Source: Synechocystis sp. PCC 6803 substr. PCC-P (lineage in GTDB: Bacteria; Cyanobacteriota; Cyanobacteriia; Cyanobacteriales; Microcystaceae). From it: a DNA stretch of 32,000 nt. The notes under the pieces were generated by a model. The model did no database searches. It saw only the letters and a program-made list of their open reading frames with translations, and was not told the DNA's origin. The stretch spans positions 960,001 through 992,000 of the forward strand of contig NC_017039.1 in NCBI RefSeq assembly GCF_000284455.1. The letters are read 5' to 3'. A program made the translations under genes and the position numbers. Positions 10,017 to 19,195 of this stretch are shown in pieces. Every line of letters starts with the position of its first letter. The first letter of the stretch is position 1.

Positions 10017-11123
10017 CTAGCTAGGGGCGGCCGTGGCCATAATAGTAGCTAGGGCCTGGGTTAATTTTTGGTTATCTGCCATTGTCCGCACTGCCACTCG
10101 GAAAAAATCCTCACCTAATTCGGGAAAACTAAGACAATCTCGGATCAAAATTTGGCATTTAGTTAATAGTTCTTCTTGAAGTTCTGGAGCAGGTATGGTC
10201 GTTTTTACGAGCAAAAAATTGGTCTGACTCGGCAAGGGAAATAGCCCTGGTAAACTCGCTAAATCTTGCTGCAATGCGCTACGGGCAGGGGGTAACCATT
10301 GCCAAACCAGTTGACGAAATTCCTCGGCTTCCAAACTGGCGATCGCCGCCGCTTCGGCCAACACATTCACAGGCCAGGGGTCCCGCCAAGCTTGCCATTG
10401 AGCTAAAAGATCTGGGTGGGCTAGGGCATAACCTAAGCGTAATCCGGGCAAACGATAAAACTTGGTCAGAGAGCGGAGAATAATTAAATTGGGATGTTTC
10501 TCCAAATCCCCCACCAGACTTTGCTCTTCTCCCGGGGGCAGAAAATCCATAAAAGCTTCGTCCAACAACACCCATTGATAGTGGGGCAGGAGGGCAAGAA
10601 TTTCCTCCCGAGCTAGTAGAGTGCCGGAGGGATTATGGGGATTATTGAGAATTAAACCGTGGTGTGAGGACTGGACGGCTGAAGTATTGGCAATTTCCGA
10701 TGGCGATCGCAATTTTCGCCAAGGCCATGGTTGATCAACCTGCCAGGGAATAGTTTTAAGCTCGGCTCCGGCTCCCCGCCAACTGCGGCCATAGTCCCCA
10801 AAGGCCGGGCCCACCACATAGGTACAATCCAAACTAGCAAAAGTGCGCCCCGCTAGGGTTAACAATTCCGCGGAACCGTTGCCCGGCAACACCCAATCCA
10901 TCGACAACTGATGATGATCGGCGATCGCCTGACGAAGATGAATATATTGGGGGTCGGGATAGTGGCGCAGGGCCGGCAAAGCTGACTCAATGGCGGCCAG
11001 GACAGAGGCGGGGGGGCCCAAAGGATTAATACTGGCGGAAAAATCTAGTAAAGAAAAAGCTGGACAGCCTGCCATCTGCGCTGCCCAACCCAAATTACCA
11101 CCGTGGTGGGGTCGCTCAAACAA
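10017..11123 (-). CDS. PLP-dependent aminotransferase class I/II, threonine-phosphate decarboxylase (CobD)-like or histidinol-phosphate aminotransferase-like
   Basis: N-terminal MFERPHHGGNLGWAAQMAG...LLDFSASINPLGPP is characteristic of the CobD branch; PLP-lysine region LRSLTKFYRLPGLRLGYA; NNPHNPSG motif. Confidence 0.88.
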   Translation of the reverse strand: MFERPHHGGNLGWAAQMAGCPAFSLLDFSASINPLGPPASVLAAIESALPALRHYPDPQYIHLRQAIADHHQLSMDWVLPGNGSAELLTLAGRTFASLDCTYVVGPAFGDYGRSWRGAGAELKTIPWQVDQPWPWRKLRSPSEIANTSAVQSSHHGLILNNPHNPSGTLLAREEILALLPHYQWVLLDEAFMDFLPPGEEQSLVGDLEKHPNLIILRSLTKFYRLPGLRLGYALAHPDLLAQWQAWRDPWPVNVLAEAAAIASLEAEEFRQLVWQWLPPARSALQQDLASLPGLFPLPSQTNFLLVKTTIPAPELQEELLTKCQILIRDCLSFPELGEDFFRVAVRTMADNQKLTQALATIMATAAPS

Positions 11124-11136
11124 AGGTCAGTGGCAA

Positions 11137-11439
11137 TTATTTTTTCTCAGGAGCAACTTTATCTTTGAACATTTTGCCTGCGGAGAAAGCCGGCACCTTA
11201 GTGGCTGGAATGAGCATTTTATCCCCAGTTTTGGGGTTACGGCCCTCCCGTTCCTTACGTTCCCTGGCTTCAAAGGAACCAAAGCCCACTAGGGTTACTT
11301 TTTCCCCTTCGGCCACCACTTCCATGATGCAATCAATGGCGGCTGAAATTACCGCATCTACCTCCTTTTTAGTGATGCTTTCCCCCAGTTGCTCTTTCGC
11401 TTTGTCCGTGACCGCATGGACTAATTCGCCTTTATTCAT
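11137..11439 (-). CDS. DNA-binding protein HU
   Basis: MNKGELVHAVTDKAKEQLGESITKKEVDAVISAAIDCIMEVVAEGEKVTLVGFGSFEARERKEREGRNPKTGDKMLIPATKVPAFSAGKMFKDKV; 100 aa. Confidence 0.97.
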   Translation of the reverse strand: MNKGELVHAVTDKAKEQLGESITKKEVDAVISAAIDCIMEVVAEGEKVTLVGFGSFEARERKEREGRNPKTGDKMLIPATKVPAFSAGKMFKDKVAPEKK

Positions 11440-11714
11440 CTGAAAAAATCTCCTTGAGAGTGAGTTTGTTGGAATAGACTCATTTTTTAGGCATTTTCTC
11501 CCCATAACAGGGTCATCGGGAGGCTCCACAGCCCGGATAGACACAGAAATTTGGCATTAAAAACCCCTGAAATCCCCGCAGACTGGCTGTTTCACTGCCT
11601 TATTCTATGCACAAAGTGTGGAAGTAGGATCACTTTTCCCCACGAATTTTTGCAGTTTTGCGGGATTTTGTCACAATCCTTTACGAAAACTTGGATTTTA
11701 CCCGGACTTAAAAG

Positions 11715-12572
11715 TTAACCTAACTCAAAGGATGTAACTCCGTAAATTTTATCTAGGGCGATGGAGGGGGCTTGCCCAGTGTACATTCGAGCAGTTTCAA
11801 AAACTACCTGCAGGCTATATTTCGTTGCTAGAGTGATCGCCGCTTGGTTGGGTTCTGGCACATCTAGGTAAATGGTATTTTCCGCTGTAGGAATTGCTTT
11901 TAGAGCTAAAAAGATAATTTCCGCTACCTCTGGAGTATCAGCAAACAGAGGGCCAATTTTGTAACCTACTCGGCAGGGGCGTAGAACGCCATAACCCCGT
12001 AAAATCCCATCTTCTTGGTAGGCGATCGCCTGGTGCCCCGATTGATGACACCATGTTCGTAAAAATTCTTCCCTGGGGGCAGGAAAGCATTGATCGTCAT
12101 AGGCCAATACATCTTCCCAGGCCATGGCATCTTCTAGAGGGACCAGATGGGGGGATGGGGACGATAGGCCGCCGGTAACACCCTGGTAACGAATATTGCG
12201 GTAAGCCAGATGAAAACCGGATTTTTGATAATTTGCCTGTTGGGCCAAAACTCCGTCCAAACCGATATTGCAGCCTTGTAAATAGTCCAAAGCCCTTTGC
12301 CAAATTTGCCAGCCGTAACCCTGACCTCGATACTCCGGTTTGACAATGTAAAAGCCGATAAAACCAAATTCTTGGTTGTATTTCACCGCCGAAATGGTGG
12401 CAATTGGTTCCCCGTCCAATAAACCCACGAAAAATCCCTGGCGATCGCCTTGGTAAAAACAGTCAGCATCTTGGTGACCGGGATTCCAACCCTCCGCAGC
12501 CGCCCAATCCACCGCCAAAGCAATCTCCGCTGCAGTCATCGTTCTGATCAAGTATTTCTGCTCAGTCATCAC
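11715..12572 (-). CDS. GNAT-family N-acetyltransferase with a C-terminal extension
   Basis: GNAT acetyl-CoA motif FYIVKPEYRGQGYGWQIWQRAL; C-terminal ~130 aa resembles the second domain found in YitH-like acetyltransferases. Confidence 0.85.
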   Translation of the reverse strand: MMTEQKYLIRTMTAAEIALAVDWAAAEGWNPGHQDADCFYQGDRQGFFVGLLDGEPIATISAVKYNQEFGFIGFYIVKPEYRGQGYGWQIWQRALDYLQGCNIGLDGVLAQQANYQKSGFHLAYRNIRYQGVTGGLSSPSPHLVPLEDAMAWEDVLAYDDQCFPAPREEFLRTWCHQSGHQAIAYQEDGILRGYGVLRPCRVGYKIGPLFADTPEVAEIIFLALKAIPTAENTIYLDVPEPNQAAITLATKYSLQVVFETARMYTGQAPSIALDKIYGVTSFELG

Positions 12573-12739
12573 CTTTAGTCACTATTAACTTCAACGTTTG
12601 CTGACTTGGTAAAGGGAATTGTAACCAATGCCGAAACCGCCCCAATGCTAGCATTAACCTGGATTGCCATAGATTTTAGTCAATTAAAAACCTCGAATCT
12701 TAACAATCATTAACTTACTCACCCTGGGAGAAACTGCGG

Positions 12740-14209
12740 ATGGTATCGATCGCCGAACGGACAAAATTAAACCTGCCCCCCATTGCTGGTAAAGAAGCGG
12801 AAATATTAGCCGTTGTTAATGAAAATAAACCGGTGTTTTTACACCAAACCAATTTGCAGTTGGAGAATTTGCAATCGGCCTGTGCCTGCGCCCTGCATAT
12901 GCACCAACCCACCATTCCCGCCGGGCAAGATGGGGCGTTGATTTCCAATCTGCAGTACATGTTTGAGCATCCTGGGGAGGGGGATAACCACAACGCCGAT
13001 CCCTTTGCTTGGTGTTACCGTCGGTTGGGGGAAATTATTCCCCGTTTAGTGGCGGAAGGTTGCAATCCCCGCATCATGTTGGACTATTCTGGCAATTTGC
13101 TCTGGGCGTTCCAGCAAATGAGCCGCAACGACATTCTTGATGACCTGAAACGGTTAGCCTGTGATGCCCAATATCAGCCCTATGTGGAATGGTTGGGAAC
13201 CATGTGGAGCCATGCGGTGGCCCCTTCCACCCCCATCCCCGATTTGAAGCTACATATGTTAGCGTGGCAACAACACTTTGCTGATATTTTTGGTCTGGAA
13301 GCATTACAACGGGTGAAAGGTTTCTCGCCCCCGGAAATGCATTTACCCAACCATCCTGATACTTTGTTTGAGTATGTTAAAGCCCTAAAAGAATGCGGTT
13401 ACCGTTGGTTGATGGTGCAGGAACATTCCGTGGAAAACCTCGATGGTAGTGGCCTTTCCGGTGATCAAAAATATGTTCCCAACCGCTTAGTGGCCCGCAA
13501 CTCCCGGGGAGAAACGGTGAGCATTGTCGCTCTCATTAAAACCCAAGGTTCCGACACCAAGTTAGTGGCCCAAATGCAGCCCTATTACGAGGCCTTAGGG
13601 CGGGGTAAACAACCTGTGGGCAATCACCACATTCCTGCCTGTGTCACCCAAATTGCCGATGGGGAAAATGGCGGCGTCATGATGAACGAATTTCCCCCTG
13701 CCTACGAGCAAGCGACTCGCAAAATGGCGGAAAATGGCGGTAAATCCGGCACAGTGGCCATTAATGGCACGGAATATTTAGAACTACTGGAAGCGGCCGG
13801 CGTGCAAGAGTCCGATTTCCCCGCGATCCAAGCCATTCAACAACACAAAATTTGGCAACGGGTTAATCCCGATTCCCCCAGCCATGAACAGGTGGAAAAG
13901 GCGATCGCCGAATTGAAAGCCACGGACCACCAATTTGGGATGGATGGAGCTTCTTGGACTAATGATCTCAGTTGGGTACAGGGCTATGAAAATGTGCTCG
14001 AACCAATGAACCAACTCAGCGCCAAATTCCACCAAAAATTCGATCGCTTAGTGGCGGAAGATCCCAGCGTTACCCAACGGGAGGATTATCAAAACGCTCT
14101 GCTATATCTGTTATTAGTGGAAACTAGTTGCTTCCGTTATTGGGGCCAAGGCACCTGGACTGATTATGCCCGGGAATTGTACCGTCGGGGGGAAGAAGCT
14201 TTAGCTTAA
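12740..14209 (+). CDS. Glycoside hydrolase family 57-like protein
   Basis: CACALHMHQPTIPAGQDGALISNLQYMFEHPGEGDNHNADPFAWCYRRLGEIIPRLVAEG and ...HMLAWQQHFADIFGLEALQRVKGFSPPEMHLP resemble GH57/COG1449 proteins. Confidence 0.8.
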   Translation: MVSIAERTKLNLPPIAGKEAEILAVVNENKPVFLHQTNLQLENLQSACACALHMHQPTIPAGQDGALISNLQYMFEHPGEGDNHNADPFAWCYRRLGEIIPRLVAEGCNPRIMLDYSGNLLWAFQQMSRNDILDDLKRLACDAQYQPYVEWLGTMWSHAVAPSTPIPDLKLHMLAWQQHFADIFGLEALQRVKGFSPPEMHLPNHPDTLFEYVKALKECGYRWLMVQEHSVENLDGSGLSGDQKYVPNRLVARNSRGETVSIVALIKTQGSDTKLVAQMQPYYEALGRGKQPVGNHHIPACVTQIADGENGGVMMNEFPPAYEQATRKMAENGGKSGTVAINGTEYLELLEAAGVQESDFPAIQAIQQHKIWQRVNPDSPSHEQVEKAIAELKATDHQFGMDGASWTNDLSWVQGYENVLEPMNQLSAKFHQKFDRLVAEDPSVTQREDYQNALLYLLLVETSCFRYWGQGTWTDYARELYRRGEEALA

Positions 14210-14307
14210 TTTTTCCGGTTTACTGGGGACAATAAGCTTGGACATAGTTAGGTAAAATTTGACCAACTTTGCAGTCTCCCGGTAAATCATCAATCCCATT
14301 GCCTGCC

Positions 14308-15744
14308 ATGGCTGATCGCCAATCGTTGGAAGAAGCTCTCCGCCGAATTTGGGGCTATGACCACTTTCGCTATCCCCAGGGAGAAGTAATTGATTGCCTA
14401 TTGGCCAGGCGGGATTGTCTGGTGGTACTACCCACTGGAGGAGGGAAATCTATTTGCTTTCAATTGCCGGCATTATTGGGGGAGGGATTAACCCTGGTGG
14501 TTTCACCGTTGGTGGCCCTCATGGAAGACCAGGTACAAAGTTTACGTAGGCAAAATCTGCCCGCCGCCTGTCTCCATAGCCAATTGAGTCGCCCCGAAAG
14601 AAAACAGGTGTTGTACCAATTGGGGCAACAGCAACTAAAGCTCCTTTACCTTTCGCCGGAAACCCTGCTGAGTGAGCCAGTCTGGAATTTGCTCCGGCAA
14701 CCCCAGGTCAAATTGCAAGGAATCATGCTCGATGAAGCCCATTGTTTGGTGCAGTGGGGAGATAGTTTTCGTCCTGCCTACCGCCGTTTGGGAGCCCTGC
14801 GTCGGGGATTAGGCAGAGACAAGGGCCAGATTCCCCTGGCCGCCTTCACCGCCACAGCCGATCGCCAGCAACAGAATTTGATCGTAGAAGGATTGAATTT
14901 GCGATCGCCGGAGTGTTTTCAGGTCAGCCCCCATCGCCCCCAACTACATCTGAAAGTCAAAATGGTGCTGAGTGAATATTGCCGCCGGCAACAATTACGG
15001 CGTTTTTTGCTCAAGCATCTCCAGGAAAGCGGTTTGATTTACGTCCGTACCCGCACCATGGCCATCAACTTAGCCCAATGGTTGCAGGAACGGGGCTTTG
15101 ACAGCGAAGCTTACCATGGCGGTTTGGGCCCCCACCAACGACGACAGTTGGAACAAAAATGGTTAACGGGGCAAATTTCTTCGGTGGTTTGCACCAATGC
15201 CTTTGGCCTGGGCATAGACAAGCCCGATACCCGTTGGGTGTTACATTACCAAGCCCCCCTGATGTTGATGGATTATCTCCAGGAAGTGGGACGGGCCGGA
15301 CGAGATTTGCAACCGGCAGAATGTCTCACCTTAGTTAGTGAACCCACCGGTTGGTTGGACTCTGGCGATCGCCAATTGCGTCAGTATTTTTTGAGTCAAG
15401 CCAGCAAATATCTACAACGAGCCGAGGTCTTGAGTCAACAAATTCCATCCCAGGGCAACCTAGGGCAACTAAAAGCCCATTTTCCCGATTTGGAAATGGC
15501 TCTGGCGTGGCTCCACCGTCGGGGTAATTTAGAGTGGTTAGATCCATTTAACTACCGCATTAACCCCGGCCATTACCAGGCCAATCCCCTGGAGGAATTG
15601 AAAAGCCAGTATCGCCTGATGACCCAATACCTGACCACTTCCCGTTGTCGTTGGCAAACGATTTTGGTTGCCTTTGGTGACAATTCTCCGGCGGCGAGGC
15701 GACCCTGTGGCACCTGTGATAATTGTTTAGTTGGACGCTGCTAA
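14308..15744 (+). CDS. recQ: ATP-dependent DNA helicase RecQ
   Basis: LRRIWGYDHFRYPQGEVIDCLLARRDCLVVLPTGGGKSICFQLPALL; DEAHC; ALGLGIDKPDTRWVLHY-like motif (TNAFGLGIDKPDTRWVLHYQAP); QEVGRAGRD; C-terminal CGTCDNC Zn motif. Upstream in-frame start at 14269 also possible. Confidence 0.95.
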   Translation: MADRQSLEEALRRIWGYDHFRYPQGEVIDCLLARRDCLVVLPTGGGKSICFQLPALLGEGLTLVVSPLVALMEDQVQSLRRQNLPAACLHSQLSRPERKQVLYQLGQQQLKLLYLSPETLLSEPVWNLLRQPQVKLQGIMLDEAHCLVQWGDSFRPAYRRLGALRRGLGRDKGQIPLAAFTATADRQQQNLIVEGLNLRSPECFQVSPHRPQLHLKVKMVLSEYCRRQQLRRFLLKHLQESGLIYVRTRTMAINLAQWLQERGFDSEAYHGGLGPHQRRQLEQKWLTGQISSVVCTNAFGLGIDKPDTRWVLHYQAPLMLMDYLQEVGRAGRDLQPAECLTLVSEPTGWLDSGDRQLRQYFLSQASKYLQRAEVLSQQIPSQGNLGQLKAHFPDLEMALAWLHRRGNLEWLDPFNYRINPGHYQANPLEELKSQYRLMTQYLTTSRCRWQTILVAFGDNSPAARRPCGTCDNCLVGRC

Positions 15745-15891
15745 TTTTCAGGAGCCTAGGGGATGGTTGGTAACTGGGATTAATGATTTAGATATAAAAT
15801 CTAATACTGATCCAGGTAATATGCAACGAACGTGGTCCTATTTTACGGACCATCGACATTTATATATTCTCTGTAAACAGCCTTAAATTTA

Positions 15892-16000
15892 GAGAGTGTT
15901 TGAAAAGCCCCCCTGGCTCCCCAAGTTTGGGGGAAGTTAAGTAAAAGTCACCCATTATTGGGGGATTTAGGGGGCAAAATAAAACTTTTCAAACAGATTC
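15892..16000. mobile_element. MITE-like non-autonomous element (~109 bp) with IS5-like terminal repeats
   Basis: Left end (TTTA)GAGAGTGTTTGAAAAG; right end reverse complement (TAA)GAATCTGTTTGAAAAGTTTTA; interior forms a long imperfect hairpin GCCCCCCTGGCTCCCC...GGGGGATTTAGGGGGC. Ends resemble those of the IS at 7804-8674. Exact right boundary 16000 or 16001. Confidence 0.65.
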
Positions 16001-16033
16001 TTAGACATTTATTCATCTTTTTTTCCCTGCACC

Positions 16034-16903
16034 ATGGTTAATCAGCCCCTAGTAAGCATTATCATCCCCGCCTACCGGGCCGAAAACACCATTGCTTTTA
16101 CCGTTCGTAGTGTGTTGGCCCAGACCTATGACCATTGGCAGGTAGCGATCGGTGTGGATGACCAGGTGGATTACCTGCAACTATTGGCTGAACAGGGTAT
16201 TAATGACCCCAGGCTAAAGCAAGTTTTTACCGGGGGCATTGGTAGTGGGGAGGCGATCGCCAGGAATAAGGCGGTGAGTATTTGTGATGGGGACATTCTG
16301 GCCAACTTAGATGCGGACGATGCCTTTGCATCCGATCGTCTGGAAAAGTTAGTACCCCTAGCAGAAAAATATGGCGTGGCGATCGATAACACGGGGGTTT
16401 ATAACAGTGAATTGGTGTTGTATAAGCAACCCTTTCCCCAACGACAAGCACTGAACTTTGCCACAGCGGCGGATATTCTTAGTCCCCGCATTCCCTTTTT
16501 TCCAGTTTTTCAACGGCAATTGTTGGGAGATGGCTGGACGAAAGTGCCCTTTGCGGCGGATGTACTTTTCAATTTAGAGCTATTGAGTCGCACGGAAAAA
16601 GTAGCTATTCACCCCGAGCCCCTCTATCGTTACTATAAACGGGACAATTCCATTACCCAATCCGCCAATGCTTTTGAAACTGCGGAAAAAGCCTATCTAA
16701 CTATTTTGTCTCTGTTAGACGAAGGCGCTTTGACTTTAACCGATGCAATTCGTCAAGCGGCCCGGCAAGAGTTTAGTGAAAATCTAGCTTTAAATAAAGT
16801 TTTTCGTCGTTACATGGAAGAAGGTCGTTGCCAAAATCTAGAACAATTTTTAGATATGACAAATAATGGGCAGAAAATTGAGTTTGTTTCTAACCTTAAC
16901 TAA
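16034..16903 (+). CDS. Glycosyltransferase family 2
   Basis: PLVSIIIPAYRAENTIAFTVRSVLAQTYDHWQVAIGVDD ... IARNKAVSICDGDILANLDADDAFASDRLEKLV. Confidence 0.9.
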   Translation: MVNQPLVSIIIPAYRAENTIAFTVRSVLAQTYDHWQVAIGVDDQVDYLQLLAEQGINDPRLKQVFTGGIGSGEAIARNKAVSICDGDILANLDADDAFASDRLEKLVPLAEKYGVAIDNTGVYNSELVLYKQPFPQRQALNFATAADILSPRIPFFPVFQRQLLGDGWTKVPFAADVLFNLELLSRTEKVAIHPEPLYRYYKRDNSITQSANAFETAEKAYLTILSLLDEGALTLTDAIRQAARQEFSENLALNKVFRRYMEEGRCQNLEQFLDMTNNGQKIEFVSNLN

Positions 16904-16960
16904 GTTAATTGCTCTATGATCATCGCCCTATTTTTTGTAATTAATCAGTAGCGAGAAAAT

Positions 16961-18097
16961 TTGTCTCAGTCTATCTCTGCCCAATCTGGTTATACCCTGC
17001 CCGTGTTTGCCTGTGCGTCGGCGATCGCCGCTGTGGAAACCTTGCTCACTAGTAACTGTCCAGATTCGGTCACGCTGGAACTATTGGAACCGGCTAGAAC
17101 GGCGGAAATTGCCATTGAACAGGGGGCTTTGCTCGGTCATCACAGAGCCTTGGCCATCACCCGCAGCGAACCGGGCAATAACTTGGATTTAACTCGCCAT
17201 ACCCCCGTTTGGGCGGAAGTGGAATTTACCCCAGGGGAAGGAAAACTGATTATTCAAGGGGGAGAAGGCATTGGCAAACAGCTTGATAGGGAAGGCCAAG
17301 CCGCCATTTACAGCTATGCCCAACGATTATTAAGACACCATTTGCAGCCGTACATAAGTGGAGATCAAACTCTGATGGTTTCCTTAATTTTGCCCCTTGG
17401 TCGAACCTTAGCCACTCGCACATCCAATGCAGCTTTTGGGGTGGTGGAAGGTCTATCTTTGTTAGGCACCAGCGGCATTGCCCAACCCCTCAGTGCTCCG
17501 GAGCAACTGGCAGAGTTTCAACAGCATTTGACTAGTGCGGCTCAACAACATCAATGCTTAGTATTTTGCCTGGGAGAAAACGGTTTAGACTTAGCTCGAC
17601 AGTGGGGAGTACCCCTAGACCAAATGGTAAAAACGGCCAATTGGTTAGGCTCCCTTTTTGTGGCGGCGGCGGCCGTGGGGGTACAGGAAATCTTGCTCTT
17701 GGGTTACCACGGCAAATTGATCAAACTAGCCGGGGGCATTTTCCACACCCATCACCATTTAGCCGATGGCCGTTTGGAAATTCTCACTGCCCAAGCTGTA
17801 CAAGCAGGTTTACCCTATCCCCTGGTACAGGAACTTGGCCAAGCACCCACCACGGAAGCAGGGTTAAAGCTATTACGCCACTGGCAAACGGAGCAAAATT
17901 GTCCTTGGGTTAGCAAAATTTACCAAGCCATGGCGGACACCGTCGATCGCCGTTCGGAGGAATATGTTTATAAAGTCAGTCAACATCAATTAAAAGTGGG
18001 CAGTTTACTATTTGATGGCGATCGCCAACCGGTGGCAATTAGTACTCAAGGTCAGGCCATGGCTGATAAATTGGGGATGACCATACCAGAAACTTAG
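16961..18097 (+). CDS. cbiD: Cobalt-precorrin-5B C1-methyltransferase (CbiD)
   Basis: SGYTLPVFACASAIAAVETLL near the N-terminus, VPVWAEVEFTPGEGKLIIQGGEGIG-type region, LLLGYHGKLIKLAGGIFHTHHHLADGR characteristic of CbiD; TTG start. Confidence 0.92.
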   Translation: MSQSISAQSGYTLPVFACASAIAAVETLLTSNCPDSVTLELLEPARTAEIAIEQGALLGHHRALAITRSEPGNNLDLTRHTPVWAEVEFTPGEGKLIIQGGEGIGKQLDREGQAAIYSYAQRLLRHHLQPYISGDQTLMVSLILPLGRTLATRTSNAAFGVVEGLSLLGTSGIAQPLSAPEQLAEFQQHLTSAAQQHQCLVFCLGENGLDLARQWGVPLDQMVKTANWLGSLFVAAAAVGVQEILLLGYHGKLIKLAGGIFHTHHHLADGRLEILTAQAVQAGLPYPLVQELGQAPTTEAGLKLLRHWQTEQNCPWVSKIYQAMADTVDRRSEEYVYKVSQHQLKVGSLLFDGDRQPVAISTQGQAMADKLGMTIPET

Positions 18098-18186
18098 CTT
18101 CCTGCTTAAAGAAAACCCCACAATTCCGGGGAGGCACAGCCTAGGGGATAATGGGAAAGTTGCCATTTGGAGGGAGACAGTAGACC

Positions 18187-19122
18187 ATGCGCATTTTAAT
18201 TATGGGAGGAACCCGTTTTATCGGTATCCATCTCTGCCGGGTGCTGGTGGCCCAAGGTCATGAAGTGGTCCTATTCAATCGGGGAAATCGTCCTGACCCC
18301 GTCAATGGCGTGGCCCAAATCCATGGCGATCGCCGGGTCGCTGAACAGTTGCGCGAAAAACTAGAAAAGGAAGAATTTGACGTAATTTTTGACAACAACG
18401 GTCGGGAGTTGAGCGATACCCAGCCCCTGGTGGACTTGTACAATGGCCGAGTACAGCAATTCGTTTACATGAGTTCCGCTGGGGTTTACCAAGCATCATC
18501 CCAAATGCCCCACCGGGAGACCGATGCGGTGGATCCCCAGAGTCGCCACAAAGGCAAATTTGAAACGGAACGCTATCTAGCCCAGAGCGGCATTCCCTGG
18601 ACTGCCATCCGCCCCACCTATATTTACGGTCCCCACAATTACAATGCCCTCGAATCCTGGTTTTTTGACCGTTTAGTGAGGGGTCGAGCCATTCCCATCC
18701 CCGGTAATGGTCAATACATCACCCAACTGGGCCATGTGGAAGATTTGGCGATCGCCATGGCCAAAACCATTGTTACCCCAGCAGCGATCGGGCAGATTTA
18801 TAACATCTCCGGCGATCGATACGTCACCATGAATGGTCTAGCTCAAGCCTGTGCCACCGCGGCGGGTCTTGATCCCCAGGGCGTTAAATTAGTCCACTAT
18901 GACCCCAAGGATTTTGACTTTGGTAAACGCAAAGCTTTTCCCCTGCGTCAACAACACTTTTTTGCCGATATTCAAAAAGCCCAAGACCATTTAGATTGGC
19001 ATCCCAATTATGGTTTAGTAGAAGGCTTAAAAAATAGCTTTCAACTGGATTATCTGCCGTCCGGTAAAGGGGAGGAAAAAGGAGATTTTGACCTAGACGA
19101 GCAAATCCTGGCATTCAGTTAA
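18187..19122 (+). CDS. NAD-dependent epimerase/dehydratase-fold protein, CSP41-like (annotated mRNA-binding protein in Synechocystis)
   Basis: MRILIMGGTRFIGIHLCRVLVAQGHEVVLFNRGNRPDPVNGVAQIHGDR ... YMSSAGVYQASSQMPHRETDAVDPQSRHKGKFETERYL; divergent GGTRFIG nucleotide motif as in plastid CSP41. Confidence 0.9.
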   Translation: MRILIMGGTRFIGIHLCRVLVAQGHEVVLFNRGNRPDPVNGVAQIHGDRRVAEQLREKLEKEEFDVIFDNNGRELSDTQPLVDLYNGRVQQFVYMSSAGVYQASSQMPHRETDAVDPQSRHKGKFETERYLAQSGIPWTAIRPTYIYGPHNYNALESWFFDRLVRGRAIPIPGNGQYITQLGHVEDLAIAMAKTIVTPAAIGQIYNISGDRYVTMNGLAQACATAAGLDPQGVKLVHYDPKDFDFGKRKAFPLRQQHFFADIQKAQDHLDWHPNYGLVEGLKNSFQLDYLPSGKGEEKGDFDLDEQILAFS

Positions 19123-19195
19123 TTTAGGGTATTAAATACCAATGTTCACAAAATTTTGAGAAGTTAACTATTAGTGAATACCACGGAGGAACATA

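Noticed and set aside
15833-15852. TGGTCC-TATTTTAC-GGACCA inverted repeat between recQ and the MITE-like element
   Set aside because: Short 6-bp stem, no downstream T-tract, no recognised operator; not enough support to call it functional.
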